DNA from: the human T2T-CHM13v2.0 reference genome, Homo sapiens
Length of the DNA stretch: 64,000 bases
Assembly (NCBI RefSeq): GCF_009914755.1
Contig: NC_060930.1
Direction: 5' to 3' (one strand)
This document shows positions 1 through 17,590 of the stretch, in pieces; position 1 is the first letter of the stretch; every line of letters starts with the position of its first letter. The notes beneath the pieces were generated by a model. The model saw only the letters and a program-made list of their open reading frames with translations, was not told where the DNA came from and did no database searches. The translations under genes were made by a program, and so were the position numbers.

Positions 1-44
1 AGAGTTATGATGACAGAGTCCAATGCATAACCCAAATTGTTAAC

Positions 45-235
45 ATTCCTTTAGCAATTTTATGTGTCAGACACCACTATACAAAGAGACTTATTACATC
101 ATATCTTAATCCTGAAAATTAAGAAACCTAAAAGCTAAATGTCTCTCTGCAGAGTATATGACTAGCAAATAGTAGAGCTGGGCTTTGAATAAAATATGCC
201 TAAATCCCAGATGTGTAACTGCTATGCAATATTGC
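45..235 (-). mobile_element. Degraded MIR SINE
   Basis: Resembles antisense MIR core (…ctagcaaatagtagagctgggctttgaa…); heavily diverged, boundaries approximate. Confidence 0.45.
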
Positions 236-687
236 CCCAAAAAGATTTAAAATGTCCAACTTTTAGAGACTTTTTACCAAGCGATTTAATGTAACATGTG
301 CTCTATTTTGCTCTTACAATTATCTGATTACATTGTGTACTGTTTTCCTGATAATGGCTTTCTCTAATCTTAGCACCTAAGATACGAAGGAGCTGCTTTG
401 CTGTAACCAAAGGCTAGAGTGGTAAGGTGGTGGGTGACTTTACATTTGAAAGGGTCTTGAATGGCTAAAGAACAATCTGTTTTTATTTAAAGACTTCCAA
501 GTAGGCATTTTACTTCAATACACTTCTAAAGCTATGATTTCATTAGAGTTGGGGTCCTAAATTAATAGGCCTTTCTTGTTTTCTCCTTTTTCTTCATAGG
601 CAATAATCTTAAAGACCATGTTCTTTGGAAGCTAGTGTTGCTAAATTTTTCTTAAAAGTAAGCAGTTCTGTTCTCATTCTGCTTTTC

Positions 688-924
688 TGTTTGTTTTTTT
701 TCTTTTTTTTATTCTTTTATTCTTTTTTTTTCTTTTTTTAATATTATTATTACACTTTAAGTTTTAGGGTACATGTGCACAACGTGCAGGTTTGTTACAT
801 ATGTATACATGTGCCATGTTGGTGTGCTGCACCCATTAACTCATCATTTAACATTAGGTATATCTCCTAATGCTATCCCTCCCCCTCCCCCCACCCCACA
901 ACAGTCCCCGGAGTGTGATAGCTC
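688..924 (-). mobile_element. Severely 5'-truncated L1PA (about L1PA3/4) 3' end with poly(A) and 15-bp TSD
   Basis: T-rich tail, then L1 3'UTR (tttaagttttagggtacatgtgcacaacgtgcagg…ccccacaacagtcccc). Exact TSD ctcattctgcttttc at 673-687 and 925-939. Confidence 0.92.
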
Positions 925-1029
925 CTCATTCTGCTTTTCAATTTTGCCTTCCAGGCAAGTGGAATGTGAAACAAAAATTTAACATTTTCCCTTATGCAAG
1001 AACATACTCTTCCATATAAATTTTTGTAA

Positions 1030-2770
1030 TTTTTTGAAACTTGTCATTACACAAAACGTTATATATAATATGTAGGCAGGTTTTAAATAATAGTAAAATT
1101 TAAAAAAGCATAGATGTGTACTCATCACACAGTCTAAATGCTGTAAATTACTAGTACATACTTAGAATCCCTATGTGTGCTTAAATAATTGCATCCTTCT
1201 GTCTACCAATTGCTACCCACTCACTCCCCAAGAAATAACCACTATGCCAACCTTTGTGTTAATCACTGTTACTATTTATAGATTTATGTTGTATGTATAC
1301 TTAAATAGCATATTATTAACTGTTGCCTATTTTTGAAATTTATATAACAATATTGCATATATTCTTCTATGAATTTCTTTTTACTCAGTATTAGTTTTGG
1401 ACATTTAGCCATGTTGATGCATGTGGTTGTACCTCATCTTCATTGAGGTATAATGTTCTATTATATGTCTCTTTTGATATTTTGTATTCTGAATGGACTC
1501 TTGGTTTGTTTTCATTATTTTACTATTATAAACAATGCATCTGTGAATACACATGTATGTATGTGTATATATATGTGTATACACATATATATACACATAT
1601 GTATCTGAATGTGTTTATATAGATGTACATGTGTGAGAATTTATCTGTTATTGTATTGTCAACTCTTCTAGATAATGACATTCACACAGTGGATGGATGT
1701 ATTCATTCTTACCAGCCATAGAAAATTTTTTTTGTTGTCATCGTAGATTTTCATCCATACTAGACATTTGCATATTTAGTTGATGTGAAATGATGTCTTA
1801 TTTTGCTGTTAGGGTTCCTCTGGTTAATAATGAATTTGAAGAGAGCTTTAAAAATATTAATCGAGAACCATTTTCTTCCATCAGAATTATATGGTTTAAA
1901 ATTTGCTTTCATAAGAATCTGTTACTACTACAAAATTACTTCATTCTTAGGTACCTGAAAATATCATTAGTTTTGTTAATGAGAGATAGTTTACTGGATA
2001 TAGAATCCTAGATTGAAATTATTCTTATTCGTATATTTTAAATAATATTCTATTGTTTCAATCTTCCCTTTCTGCTATTTTCAAGTTGGTGCTTAGTCTA
2101 ATGGTGTTTCTTTGCTCATGGTCCATGCTCTTCTGTCTGTACTTTTTGAAGATAGCATCCTTTTTGTTTATGTTTTACATTTTTGTTAAGATGTGTGCTG
2201 CATGCATTAATCTTTTGTTTGTACTTCTCAAGTTTTTTGAGCTTTTTGAATTTGAGTTTTCTGTAAGAAATTCTGAAAGTTCATTTACTAATTACCTTTA
2301 AATATTCTCTTCTAAGTTATCTGTATGATCTAATTCTAGAACTTCAGTTATTCACACATTAGTATTAGTCTATCCTCATGTTTTCTAACCATTATTTTAT
2401 TAAAATTATTTCCCTTTTCTTATTTCTGCCTTCTGAATTATGAAAAATCGCATTGTATCTGTGTTCTCATTCACTGTGTCATCTATTGGATAATGTATGC
2501 ATTGTTTTAGTTGCAATTATCATGTTTTTAAAAATTCTTAACATTTTATTTAGTTATGTTTCAGATCTGTTATTTTTTGTTTTAAATAGCATTCTGATCA
2601 CTTCTCATATTTTAAAACTTTTTTGAATTTTAAAACATTTATTAAATTTGTTAATTATTTTCTACTTTTGCTAACATCAATATCTGTTTATTTAAAAGTC
2701 TGAATCGGCTATTGGCTGTTTCTACTCTTTCTGTCTTATGGTGAACTGTTGTATTGATCATGAATGGCTC
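1030..2770 (-). mobile_element. Ancient L1M (ME/MC-like) fragments
   Basis: T-rich sequence with old L1 3'UTR-like motifs (aaataaccactatgccaacctttgtg; ttttttactcagtattagttttggacatttagccatgttg) and ORF1-region-like motifs (tttactggatatagaatcctagattg). Confidence 0.5.
1545..1636. repeat. Imperfect (TA/TG/CA)n microsatellite
   Basis: Alternating purine-pyrimidine tract seen directly. Confidence 0.75.
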
Positions 2771-2781
2771 ATTTTCTTTAG

Positions 2782-6083
<3,302 letters not shown>

Positions 6084-6227
6084 CTACAAGGGACCATTCC
6101 ACATTCCACTCTAGGCTTGAAATTGTTAGATTTTATAGTTGATGTGAATTCACAATGTAAACCCATGGATTGGCAAGCTAGTTTATTCTTTGGAGAGATA
6201 TTTTCCTTCCACTTAGTACCCAGATTA

Positions 6228-6360
6228 AGGCCTGGTGTAATTTGAAGTAACCTAGACACCTGAGGTGCAAAATTGAAGAAGTCACTAAAAAAATTTAGAA
6301 TGGGTGCCTCCTAGGCACCCAGCTAGGGAGAGACACCTAGCTTGCCTAGTCTTCAGCCTG
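6228..6360. mobile_element. Possible MER96-like hAT-Tip100 MITE remnant
   Basis: ggtgcaaaattgaagaagtcact…ggtgcctcctaggcacc…cttgcctagtcttcagcctg resembles the recalled MER96 palindromic structure. Confidence 0.35.
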
Positions 6361-9300
6361 ATCAAATGAATATAGACCAGTCACTCTAATCACTCTTCTG
6401 TGTAGCATAAGTAAGCATTAGGCTTTATATTCTGCTATGTCCCATGCCATTATTAAAACAAAAATTCAATGTTTCCAGGGTTGTATACAGCCCTCTAGAT
6501 GCAAACCTACTTTTAGCAGTTTCTTATTGTTCAAGGTTACTATTGTCACTTTACTTTAAGTTCTATGGATTCATCTTTTTAAGACAACTTAGCATTGTTT
6601 TTAAAATAATATTTTAACTGACATTTCAGTTGTTTCATTTTGAATTTCCATTCAGGCTATCTAGAATGCCATACTCGCAGCAATGAAAATCACATTTTCC
6701 TCTGTAAAGGTTGTTTGATAACTACATTTTGAGGTCATTCTTAAAATAAAACATTGAAGATAAATATTACCATATGTTTATCATATGATTAGAAAAAATG
6801 TGAACTTTTTACATTAGGAGAAATATATTGAACAGAACACTTAGTTATTTTCACAATGGTCTAACAAGCAAAATCAGTCTATATGAATAAGACCGAACCT
6901 GTTCCAAAAAATAGCCTTAAAAGTAACAAGGTGGATATGAAATATCAGAGTGCTCTATGATTAACAAAAACAATTTTTTCCCATTCACCCTTTCAGAAGG
7001 ATTTAAATGCATTAGAAGATGAACTTGCTAACCATGATGAATATTTACTTGGAGAAATGTGAGGAGGGGTTATGCATGAGCCTGGACCAACTCCAGGTGC
7101 ACTAAACATTAGGACCTGCATCTTTTACATCCTCATGCCTATTTTCTAACCCCTGAATTATACTGGTCTTGCTGAGTTGCTTGAATGAGTACTGCAGCTT
7201 TCATAAAGTAAATAATTTCCTTCACTTTTTTGCATGAGTACCATTTTGTCAGCAAGCTAGTGTACTAATGATCATCTTAGTATGGACTAACAAATCTTAA
7301 TCTAAAATGTGTCTTAAATTATCAATATGTTGATAATCAAGAGAAGCTAATATTTCAGACATGGGAAAATTAACTACTTTGGTTGCCTAATGATAAAGAA
7401 GCGTACTGTACAAACCAGTGTTTTATTCCATAAGACCACCATGGTGACTAGTTATAGGGTCTAAATAGTTCCCTGGGGATCCATAAGTATTAACATAACT
7501 TCAAATGTTACTGAACCATAAAAACATTGTCACTAAGAAAATCTGTTTCAATATTTGCCTACATGCAAAACATGAAAACACTTTGCCTGTTTGTATTTAC
7601 TGTAGCTATTTTCCATGTGTTTGTGTTTACACTTATGTGTGTGTGTCTGATTTGCGTATAGAGTAACCTTCTGTGTCTTTTTTCAAAGACAGAGGAATGA
7701 GTTATGATCACCAAAAGCTTCTCTCAACTACAACCTTAGGCTCAAACCTTGCAAGAGGCCTTCATTCCCCAGTGTGAATAAATTAGATCTAGTCCCACTG
7801 AAAAATCAACAAGGACCATCCTGCGGCTCGTTTCACTGGGGCAAAGAACAGGTGCAAGGCCCACATTTCTGACTGCTTGGTGCCTTGTTATTATTTTTAT
7901 GAATAGTCGGTGCATCAGGAACTACAGGGATCCAAGCCTTTCCTTGAGCCCAATCAAAGGATTAGTGTGATTCAGGCAGAGATTGAATCTGTGTGGAAAA
8001 TTGTCCATGCTGAGTTCTATTAGAAGGAGCTGCTGAGTGAGCTTCATTACTAATCACAAGGCAAAATTACAGTCTCTAGAAATGAGAAACCAGTAAACAA
8101 AATAATAAAAGTCATTTTAATTATTAAATGACAGTGTTACAAACCATATGCTACTTATCAGTGCCATAATGAAATACAGTAAATAGAAAAATATCCATAT
8201 GGTCCATTCACTGTGATTTAATTTTGCATAATATATTATTTTAATGATTTTTTTAAATGTGACTAATTATCAAATTCATAATTCCCTTCAGCAACCAGTA
8301 TCTATATTTTTTAACAAATGTACCAATTTTTATTCACCAGTGCATTGTGTTGACTGAAGAACACTTGAAACTCTGAAAGGTCTTCTTTATACAGTCCAAG
8401 TTATCAGTGCCTAATGGTGCTAAGTGTTGAATTGCTCCCATTTTAATAGAACAATCAGGGCCTACTCTTTCCATTATCCTTCTCTGTGCACTTCCCATCC
8501 ACACTATTGTTGTGCTGATTAGCCAGCATTATTTGTAAAGACTTGGTAACTTGTGATTCAGATATAACAGGTGATTCTCCCTTGTTATTTGAAAACCAAA
8601 CATGTTTGATAATTTTTCAAGTTTGCAGAAATTATCGAAATGCCAATATCATTTTACTAGAAGCAATGAGCTGTTCTACTCAGTAAAACTGAATACAAAA
8701 ATGACCTCTTGTTTAGTATTTTTGAGAATTGGCAAAGTAAAAGTAATACTTGGAAATAGCTGTTTGTTGTTAAATCTGCTGATGTTGAAAATTATATCTG
8801 TTATCCATCTGTCTTATTAAGCTCTTGAAATAAGAGTTTATTAATATACATGTAATGACCATGTACATTAATTTTCAGGAAGTAGGATGTTATTATCAGT
8901 GCAAAATGACCTATTAGTGTTTTATACTTGATATACTCATGCTTTTTATGGCACACAGAAGAGGGTCATTAATAACATAGCTCATGTTTCTAAAGCTATA
9001 ATATTTATCCAAAACACTCCTTAAAATAAATATGCCCTATTTTTCTTTTACTATTTTAGTAAATACATATTGAATGCCTACTACATGCCAGACTAAAGTC
9101 ATTCTACAAGAAGAAAATACTCAATTATTACCCAGAGGTATACACCAAAGAAATCTTATTTTTCATTACAACTAGGTGATTCATTGTTCAAAAGAAAATA
9201 ATTTTACTAAACGTGTTCCAATATAATAGCATTTTATTAGACAATCTAGGACATTAACTTAGTCCCTTATCACTGCAGTGTGTTTTATAGGATGGACACT

Positions 9301-10547
9301 CAGTGAAAAGAAGATTGTCAAGTGGAAACTGTGGCACACTCTTAAGTCCCCCTAAAATATTACATTGCATTGTGAACCTAAGACGTCTATTTTTGGTGGG
9401 AATAATATTGCAGAGCTGTTGCTTAGTGTTAACATTGTGACTGACAAGGAGATACTTTTTTTCCTTTTGTGTTTCTGTATCCTAAAAAGACAGCTTATGA
9501 TTTTCCCCATCCTTTTGAATACTCTTAAGGAAACAATGCTGAAAAAAACTGAATAAAATTAACTACTGGCAAAATGTTGTTGGTAAGGGGAAAAAAACAG
9601 TGTTATTGTCCCATTATTTAGAATGTTCAAAGTATATTTTAGAGTTGTATCAATATCTTTTTAATTAAAACAAAATAGGATTCACAAAATAAGGTCCATT
9701 TTGCTTTCTTTTACACAAAGGAGGAAGAAACCTGCTATAGGCTAGAGAAGTGATGTTGAAGATTATACTTAGAGAAAAGAGATATATTTAAGTGAGAAAA
9801 TATGGCAAGCAAAAGCCTGAATGTAGAAAGGGAAGGAAGAGTAAAGAAGATGTGATTAGTTCCGTCATATATAAATTAAAACATGTAACTTGAAAATCAA
9901 GATTTTAGAAAATGTGTACAAGTTAAGCACACTGGCAAGAAAAAACTGAAAAAGGCTACAAATGTTGACTTGTATTAAATTATAATAAGGAATTTCATTT
10001 AGACTCTTTTACCTTTAGATTAAAATCTACTTTTCATTTAGATTATAATTTATTTATATTATTTTTATATTTTATGTTATTTTATATATATCATAATTTA
10101 AATGGTATTTATTTTTGCAATTCTGTCACTGAAATATGCACACAAATAATTTCAGACAATGGTAGAACTATTTTATTTCTTTCTCTGTAACAATAACATT
10201 GTCATTAGATTTTTCTTTTCCTGAGTAATATGTAATGGAATTCATGAAAATTAGTTTTCAAATAACTATTCCAAGGATAATTTTAAATGTAGTATTGTAT
10301 AGTACTTTTTTCTTTAGTTAATATCCAAACTATAAAACCTTACAGTTATTTGTTGCATTTTATATTTATCTAAATGTATGTAGTTGTATATGAGCACATG
10401 TATGTGGATATTTTTCTCAAGGTGGCGTTTTTTTCCTGATGAATAGCTTTCTTTTCCATAATTTCTTCTGCATTCTCCTTACAACATCTAGAATAATATT
10501 TATAGGCAGTGTGATATTTTAATTGCTTTAAGAACATACAACATTAG

Positions 10548-10745
10548 TAATAATAGAAAGTGCTGAGTTAGTCCTTATTATGTGATGCAATGTTGTAAGC
10601 ACTATATGTGAATTACCTAATAGGTAATTGCTATAACTATACCCATTTTGCCAACAAAGAAAGGTTATATAACTTTCCTAGGGTCGCATTACTGGTAACT
10701 AGGAAAGCAGATACTCTAATCCAGACAGTCCAGTTGTCTGAACTG
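10548..10745 (-). mobile_element. MIR SINE
   Basis: Antisense MIR motifs: cccattttgccaaca…taactttcctagggtcgcattactggtaact…ccagacagtc. Confidence 0.6.
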
Positions 10746-13242
10746 TCTAAATTTAAAAATTCTTTTGTTTCCTTTTTAAAAAAATACAATAAGCTGAACA
10801 TGTTTAAAAGGTACAATTTGATAAATTTTGACATATATATATACACCTGTGAGAATATTACCAAACTCAAGATAATGCAGATATTCATCACTCCCAAAAG
10901 TTTCCAAGGGCCTGGTTGGAATCCCTCCCTTTCATTCCTCACCAATCCTTCCCCCATCTTATGCTCAGGCAATCTGATTTGCTTTCTGTAACAATAAATT
11001 GGTTGTCACCTTCTAGAATTTTAAGTAAATGGAACTATACAGTATGTGCAATTTGTCTTGCTTTTGTCACTTAGCATAATAATTTTGAGATTCATCAATG
11101 GTATGTTTGTTAATGGCTATGTCTTTATATTGATAGATAGTATTTCCTTGCACAAATTTTTCCACTGTTTGTCCATTCACTTGATAATTGATATTTGGTA
11201 TTTTCTAGATTTTCACTAATGCAAATAAATCTGCTACTGACATTTGCATAGAAGTATTTGTTATAGAGATGTAATTTCATTTTTCTTGAGCAAATAACTA
11301 GAAGTAAAGGGCTCAATGCTATTGTAGGTCTATATTGAACACTTTAAGAATCTCCAAATGTTTTCCAAAGTGGTTGTATCATTTTACTTACCCACCAGCA
11401 GCACTGGAAAGTTGTAGTTTCTTCACATTTTTCCCAACATTAAATGTGATCAGTCTTTTTACTTTTAGCTATTCTAACATATTTAGTAATATATAATTGT
11501 ATTTTTAACTTTCATTTCATATAGAAAAATGATGCTAAACACTGTTTTGCATGCTTTTCTGCCAATAGGATGTCTTCTTTGGTGAAGCATCCAAATTGTT
11601 GCCCAACTTTTATTGGTTTGTTTTCTTGTTATTGTTTTAAGAGTTTGTTATTCTTAGCAAAAATTCTTTATTAGATATATTATTTGCAAATATTTTCCCT
11701 CAATATATAATGTTGATTTTCATTTTATTAACAGGATGTTTCAAAGAGAAGACATTTTTTCACTTTGATAAAACAAATTTATCAATTAATTCTTTTATGG
11801 GCTATACTTTCAGTGTTGTATGTAAGAAATCTTGGCCTATCCCAAGGTCATGGGATTTTATTGTATGGTTTTATTGTAAAGTTTTATAGTTTCAGGTTTT
11901 AAATTTTGTTCTAGTACACATTTGATTTTCTAGATTTTTCTACGTGGCACATACAAATAGACATCTAATTCTTTTAGCACTGTGTTGAAAAATTATCATT
12001 CTTTAGAAGCTGAATTTCTTTTGTACCTCTGTCCATATATATATATATTTCTGGATTATCATTTCCATTTATTTGTTTTTCTGTCTTTGCTTTGATGTCA
12101 CAGTATTTTGATTACTATACTTTTATATAAGTGTCTAAATCAAGTAGCGTTTATCTCTTTTAAAGTTGGTTTGTCTAGTCTAGGGCCTTTGCTTTTTTAT
12201 ATGAATTTTTGAATGAGTTTGGTACACACATGCAAAAAAAATTCTCTTGTGAGTTTGACTGAGATTTCATTAAACCCGTAGATCACCCTAGGAAGAGTTA
12301 ACGTGTTGATAATATTGAGTCTACTGAACCACAATCATAATATATCTGTCATTTTTTAGTTCCTTAGTTTATTTCTTTAGTATTTTGTTGTTTTCAGTGT
12401 GCAAGTTTTCTACATGTTAGATTTATCCCTAAGTATTTCATATTGTTCCAGGTTATTGCTACATTTTAAATGTTAGTTTTTGATATTTGTTGTATTTAGA
12501 AATACTATTGATTTTTGTATATTGATTATGTAACCTGAAACCTTGCTGAACTCGTAAATTAATTTTTGTAGATTTTTGTAGATCTGTCACAATATCTACA
12601 TGTACAAGTATGTCATCTACAAATAAAGACAGTTTTACTTCTTTCTGTCTAATCGACATGCTTTTATTTCTTTTTTCTCTAACTTATTCTACTAGCTAGA
12701 ACCTCCAGTATAATGTTAAACAGAAGTGTTGAAGGTAGTTATTATAATTTTTTTCTTGTTTCCATCTTATGGAAAAGGCATTCAGTCTTTCACTATTAAA
12801 TATAATATTAGCTGCATATTTTCATAGAACCACTTGGTTGGACAAATTACCTTCTATTCTTAGTTTTCTAAGAATTTTCCCTAGGAACAGGTTTTGGATT
12901 TTCTCTACACCGTTTTCTCCATTGAGATGATCACATGGATTTTTAATAATTATCTTCCAATATTGTGAATTACATTGATGGGTTTTCTAATGTTAAACCT
13001 TCATTCCTAGAATAAGCCCCGCTTGGTAATTATGTATTATATATTTTTATTGTTGGCTTCAATTTGCTAACATTTTGTAGAGAGCTTTTGCATCATGTTT
13101 AGGAGATGTTTTTTTCTTTCTGTTTTTCTTTTATTGTCAGAGTAATTCTGGGCTCTGATAGTGCCCTCCTTTTCATTTCTTTGGAAAAACTTGTGTAAAG
13201 TTTGTATGATATATTCATTAAACATTTGGTGGAACTTAATAG

Positions 13243-13578
<336 letters not shown>

Positions 13579-14870
13579 TGAAACTAGAATTTTCTGACTG
13601 GAAAGAATTTTAACTACAACCTGAAGTTTGTTAAAAATAGATACATGGCTGTTCAAGTTATCTACTTGTTATTGAATAAATATTGGTAGTTTGCGTTTTT
13701 CAAGCAGTTGGTTGATTTCCTCTGTTGTCAAATTTACTGGCATAACGTTGTTCGCAGTATTCTTTATTATACTTTTAATATATGTAGAATCTGTAATGAT
13801 ATGACCTCTCTTATTCCTAATATTGGTGATTTGTGTCACCCCTCACCCCTCTCTTTTTGTTGGTAGTCTGGCATGAGATGAATCAATTAATTTTCACATT
13901 ATTAAAAACTATCTTTTGATTTTATTGATTTCCTCTATTTACTGTTTTCTATTTTGATTTATATCAATCCTTATTTCCTTTCTTTTATTGTCTTAAGGTT
14001 TAATTTACTATATTTCTCTAGTTTCTTAGGGTTGAAACTATAGTCATGAATTTGAGAACTGTTTAATTTTTCCTAATACAGATCTAGTGCTATAATTTAC
14101 TTCTGAGTTCTGCTTTACTAGCATCCTGTATATTTTGACATGTGTTTTCACTTTCACTCAGTTCAAAATACTTTCTAACATACTTTTTGATTTTTACTTT
14201 GACCTATAGGCTATTTAGAGTTGTATTGTTTCATTTTTCAATATTTGGGGATTTTCCAAGCATCCTCCAGTGATTTATTTCCAATTTAATTCCACCTTGG
14301 CCAGAGAACATATTTTGCATGACTTGAATCATTTTAAATTTTGGAGTTGGAGGACTTATTTTATGGCCCAGAATATTGCTTACTTTGGCAAAAGTTCCAT
14401 GTATACTTAAAAAACTGTGAATTATTCTGTTGCATATAGTATTTTATAAACATCGATGAGCTGGTTGATAGTATTTTTCAGGTCTTCTATATTGTAATCT
14501 ATATTTTATCTTTTTGTTGTACCAAGTAGATTGTTGAAATCTTTAACTATAATTGTGGATCTATTTTCACCTTTCATTTCTACTATTTTTACTTTATATA
14601 TTTTGATGCTCTATTTTCATTGCATTCAATTTAAAATTTTTTATATCATCTTAAAAAATTGATGACTTTACTATCAAAGAATGACATTCTTTATTCTTGA
14701 TAAAGCCTTTGCTTTGATATCTACTTCATCTGGTATCAATATGATCATTCCACCTTTCTTTTGATTAGAGTTATCATGACTTTTTTTATTCTTTTACTTT
14801 TGATACACTCTGTCTTTGTATTTAAACTGGGTTTCTGGTAGATAGTACATAATTGGGTCATTGTATCCAT

Positions 14871-15247
14871 GTCATAAGTCAAAAATGTATACTGTAAGCC
14901 ACAAAGCAGCCATAAAATGATAAAAACAAATAACCATAAAGCCCAAAAAGAAGATAAAAATGGAATCATAAAAGATCCTCATTGGATTCAAGAATAGTCA
15001 AATAAAGAGAAAAAGCCTGCTGTTTAAAATGGTGTGTTTTGACTGTTTTCATTTAATGTGATTGCTTAATTAAAATCTAACATTTTGTTTCCCATTTGTC
15101 TGATGTATTCTTTGTTTACATTTTCCTCTTTATCTGACTTCTGAATTAAATGAGGACTTCATGATTTTATTTTATCTACATTGTTGGCTTATTGGTTATT
15201 TGTTTTTATTATTTTAATGGCTGCTTCGTGGTTTATAGTAACTTATG
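14871..15247. repeat. Inverted duplication (~140-bp arms: 14871-15015 and 15121-15247)
   Basis: The reverse complement of 14871-15015 aligns to 15121-15247, e.g. ggttatttgtttttatcattttatggctgctttgtggcttacagta vs ggttatttgtttttattattttaatggctgcttcgtggtttatagta. Confidence 0.9.
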
Positions 15248-17119
15248 TTGTTAAGTAATACATAATTTTGCACATCTTAGAATTATAAAATACAATACTT
15301 CTGTGTTTTCAATCTTTGTTTTCTTATTGTCACACATTCACTTTTACATATGTTAAAAACTACACACTATATTGATTTTATTTTTGTTTAGTTAACTAGT
15401 TTTAGGAGATGTAAATAACATTAAAAATTATCAATAGTTACCATTTCTACGATCTTCATTTCTTTGTGTAGATTCATATTTCATCTGGTATAATTGTTCT
15501 ACTACCAGAAAGATTTATTTAAACATTTTATTTTCAGTACTGTCTGTCAGTGATAAATTATTTGAGCTTAGCTGTGTCTGAAATGTCTTTTTTCTGCTGT
15601 TGCTTTTGAAAGATACGTGTGCTAGGAACAGAATTTTTGGCTGACAGCTGTTTTCTCTCAGTACTTTCAAAGGTATTGCTCCACTCTCTCCCAACTTTCA
15701 TTCTTTTCAATTATAAATCTGCTGTTATCTTTATCTCTGTTCTTCTTTGTGGTCTATCCCATGTGTTTTTCTTTTGCTGTTTTAATAATTTTTCTTTTAT
15801 TTTTATCACTAATTTAGGACAATTTGGTCTTATGTGCCCTGGTGTAGTTTCTTCTTTTACCTTTCTTTTTCTTTTCTTTTCTTTGTATTCTTTCTTTTTC
15901 CTTTTTTTTTTTTTTTTTTGTAATTTGGATTTATTGCTCTTTGGATCTGTAAGTTCACAGTTTTCTTTAAATTTAGAAAAGATTCAGCCATTGCTTTTCA
16001 CATATGTTTTGACACTCCCACATCCTTTTCTCTGGTGACTCTAATAACACACATATAAGGCTACTTACGATTGCCCAACAGCTCACTTGTGCTTTGTTCA
16101 TTATTTTTTGTGCACCTTTTTCTGCTACATTTTATTACGAATAGTTGTTTTCATTATAGTTTTTGTTTCTAGATATTTAATTTGTTTTTATTTATACCCT
16201 TCATATTTCTACTCATATTTTTGAATATATAGGAAAGAGTTATAATATATGTTTAATACCTGAGTGCCAATTCTAACCTCAATTCTGGGTGACTTTCATT
16301 GCTTTATTTTTCTTCTCATTATGGGTCTAATTTTTCAGGTTTTTTTGCATGCATGCTATTTTTTGACTGGATAGCAGGTATTATATTATAATTTTTATCT
16401 TTTTGGTTACTGAATTTTTTTTATTCCTCTGTCTTCTTGAGTTTTTTTCCTAAGACACCATTAAGTCACTTGGAAACTGTTTGATCCCTAATTTGCTTTT
16501 AAGATTTGTTAGACTGGACCAGAATGATGCTTAGCAGACGTCTGATTATTTCCCACTACTGAGATAAGGCCCTCCTGTGTGTTCAGTTCAATACCATGAA
16601 TCATGAGGTTTTCTAATCTTTCTGGAAGGATTAAGCACTATTGCAGACCTGTGTGAGTGCCAAACACTATTATCTTTGATCTTTTCAGGTGGCTCCTTTC
16701 CTGTCTTGTGATAGTTCACTCACATGCGTATACTAATTAGTTTTCTGTTCAATACTTGAGGGACACTCTCTGCAGATCTCTGGATTCATTTTCGTGGGCA
16801 GCTCTTTTCTCTCTAGTGCGTTCACCTACATATTCTGGTCTCCTCAGCCTCCTTGAACTCTCAACTCCATCTCTTCAACTCAGGGGGTCCATCAGGTTCC
16901 CTTAGTACCTCTCTCTTGTGAAGTGGTATTGAAACCTTCTCAAGGCAGTTAAGCTGGGAGCAGTCATAATGCTTACCTAATGTTTCCCAACCCTCGGTGA
17001 TAACTCATTTTCATTGCCTGATGTCTACTGATATTATCTTGTAATCCAATGTTTCATTTTGTTGCTGTTGTTACCTTGTCCTGTTACTCCAACTTAACTA
17101 GAAACAGAAATTGGCGATC

Positions 17120-17590
17120 CTTCTACTCAAGATTCTCCAGAGAAACAGACCAATAGACTGTGTGTGCGTGTGTCTGTGTGTGTCTGTGTGTCTGTGTGTG
17201 TGAAGAAATGTATTATAAAGAATTGGTTCATCCAATTTTAGAGGCTAGCAAGTCCAAAATCTGTGGGGTGGACTAACAGGCTGGAGATCCAGGAGAGCTG
17301 AGAATGTAGTTCCTGTCCAAAGACCAGCAGACTAGAGGCCAAGGAGAGCCGATGTTCTAATTCAAGTCCTAAAACAATTTACTGTAGAGTCAGAAAGCTT
17401 AAATGTTGAAGGGGAAGTCCAAGGGAAGTCTCTGGAAAAATTGCTGTTGCTCAAGAGCAATCTTTTTATTGCATTAAGGCCTTCAACTGATGCGACCCAC
17501 CCATGTAATAGAGTGCAATATACTTTACTTGAAGTCTACCAACTTAAATGCTATTCGAAAACAGCCTCACAGAAATACTCAGAACCCTGC
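17120..17590 (-). mobile_element. MLT2 (C/D-like) ERVL LTR containing (TG)n at 17159-17202
   Basis: ttctccagagaaacagaccaatag…gcaagtccaaaatctg…ggccttcaactga…cctcacagaaatactcagaa match recalled MLT2 motifs. Confidence 0.8.

Noticed and set aside
15619-16038. Hydrophobic F/L-rich ORFs (also 52554-52973 and 54956-55333)
   Set aside because: Artefacts of T-rich antisense L1 and (TTTC)n sequence, not membrane proteins.
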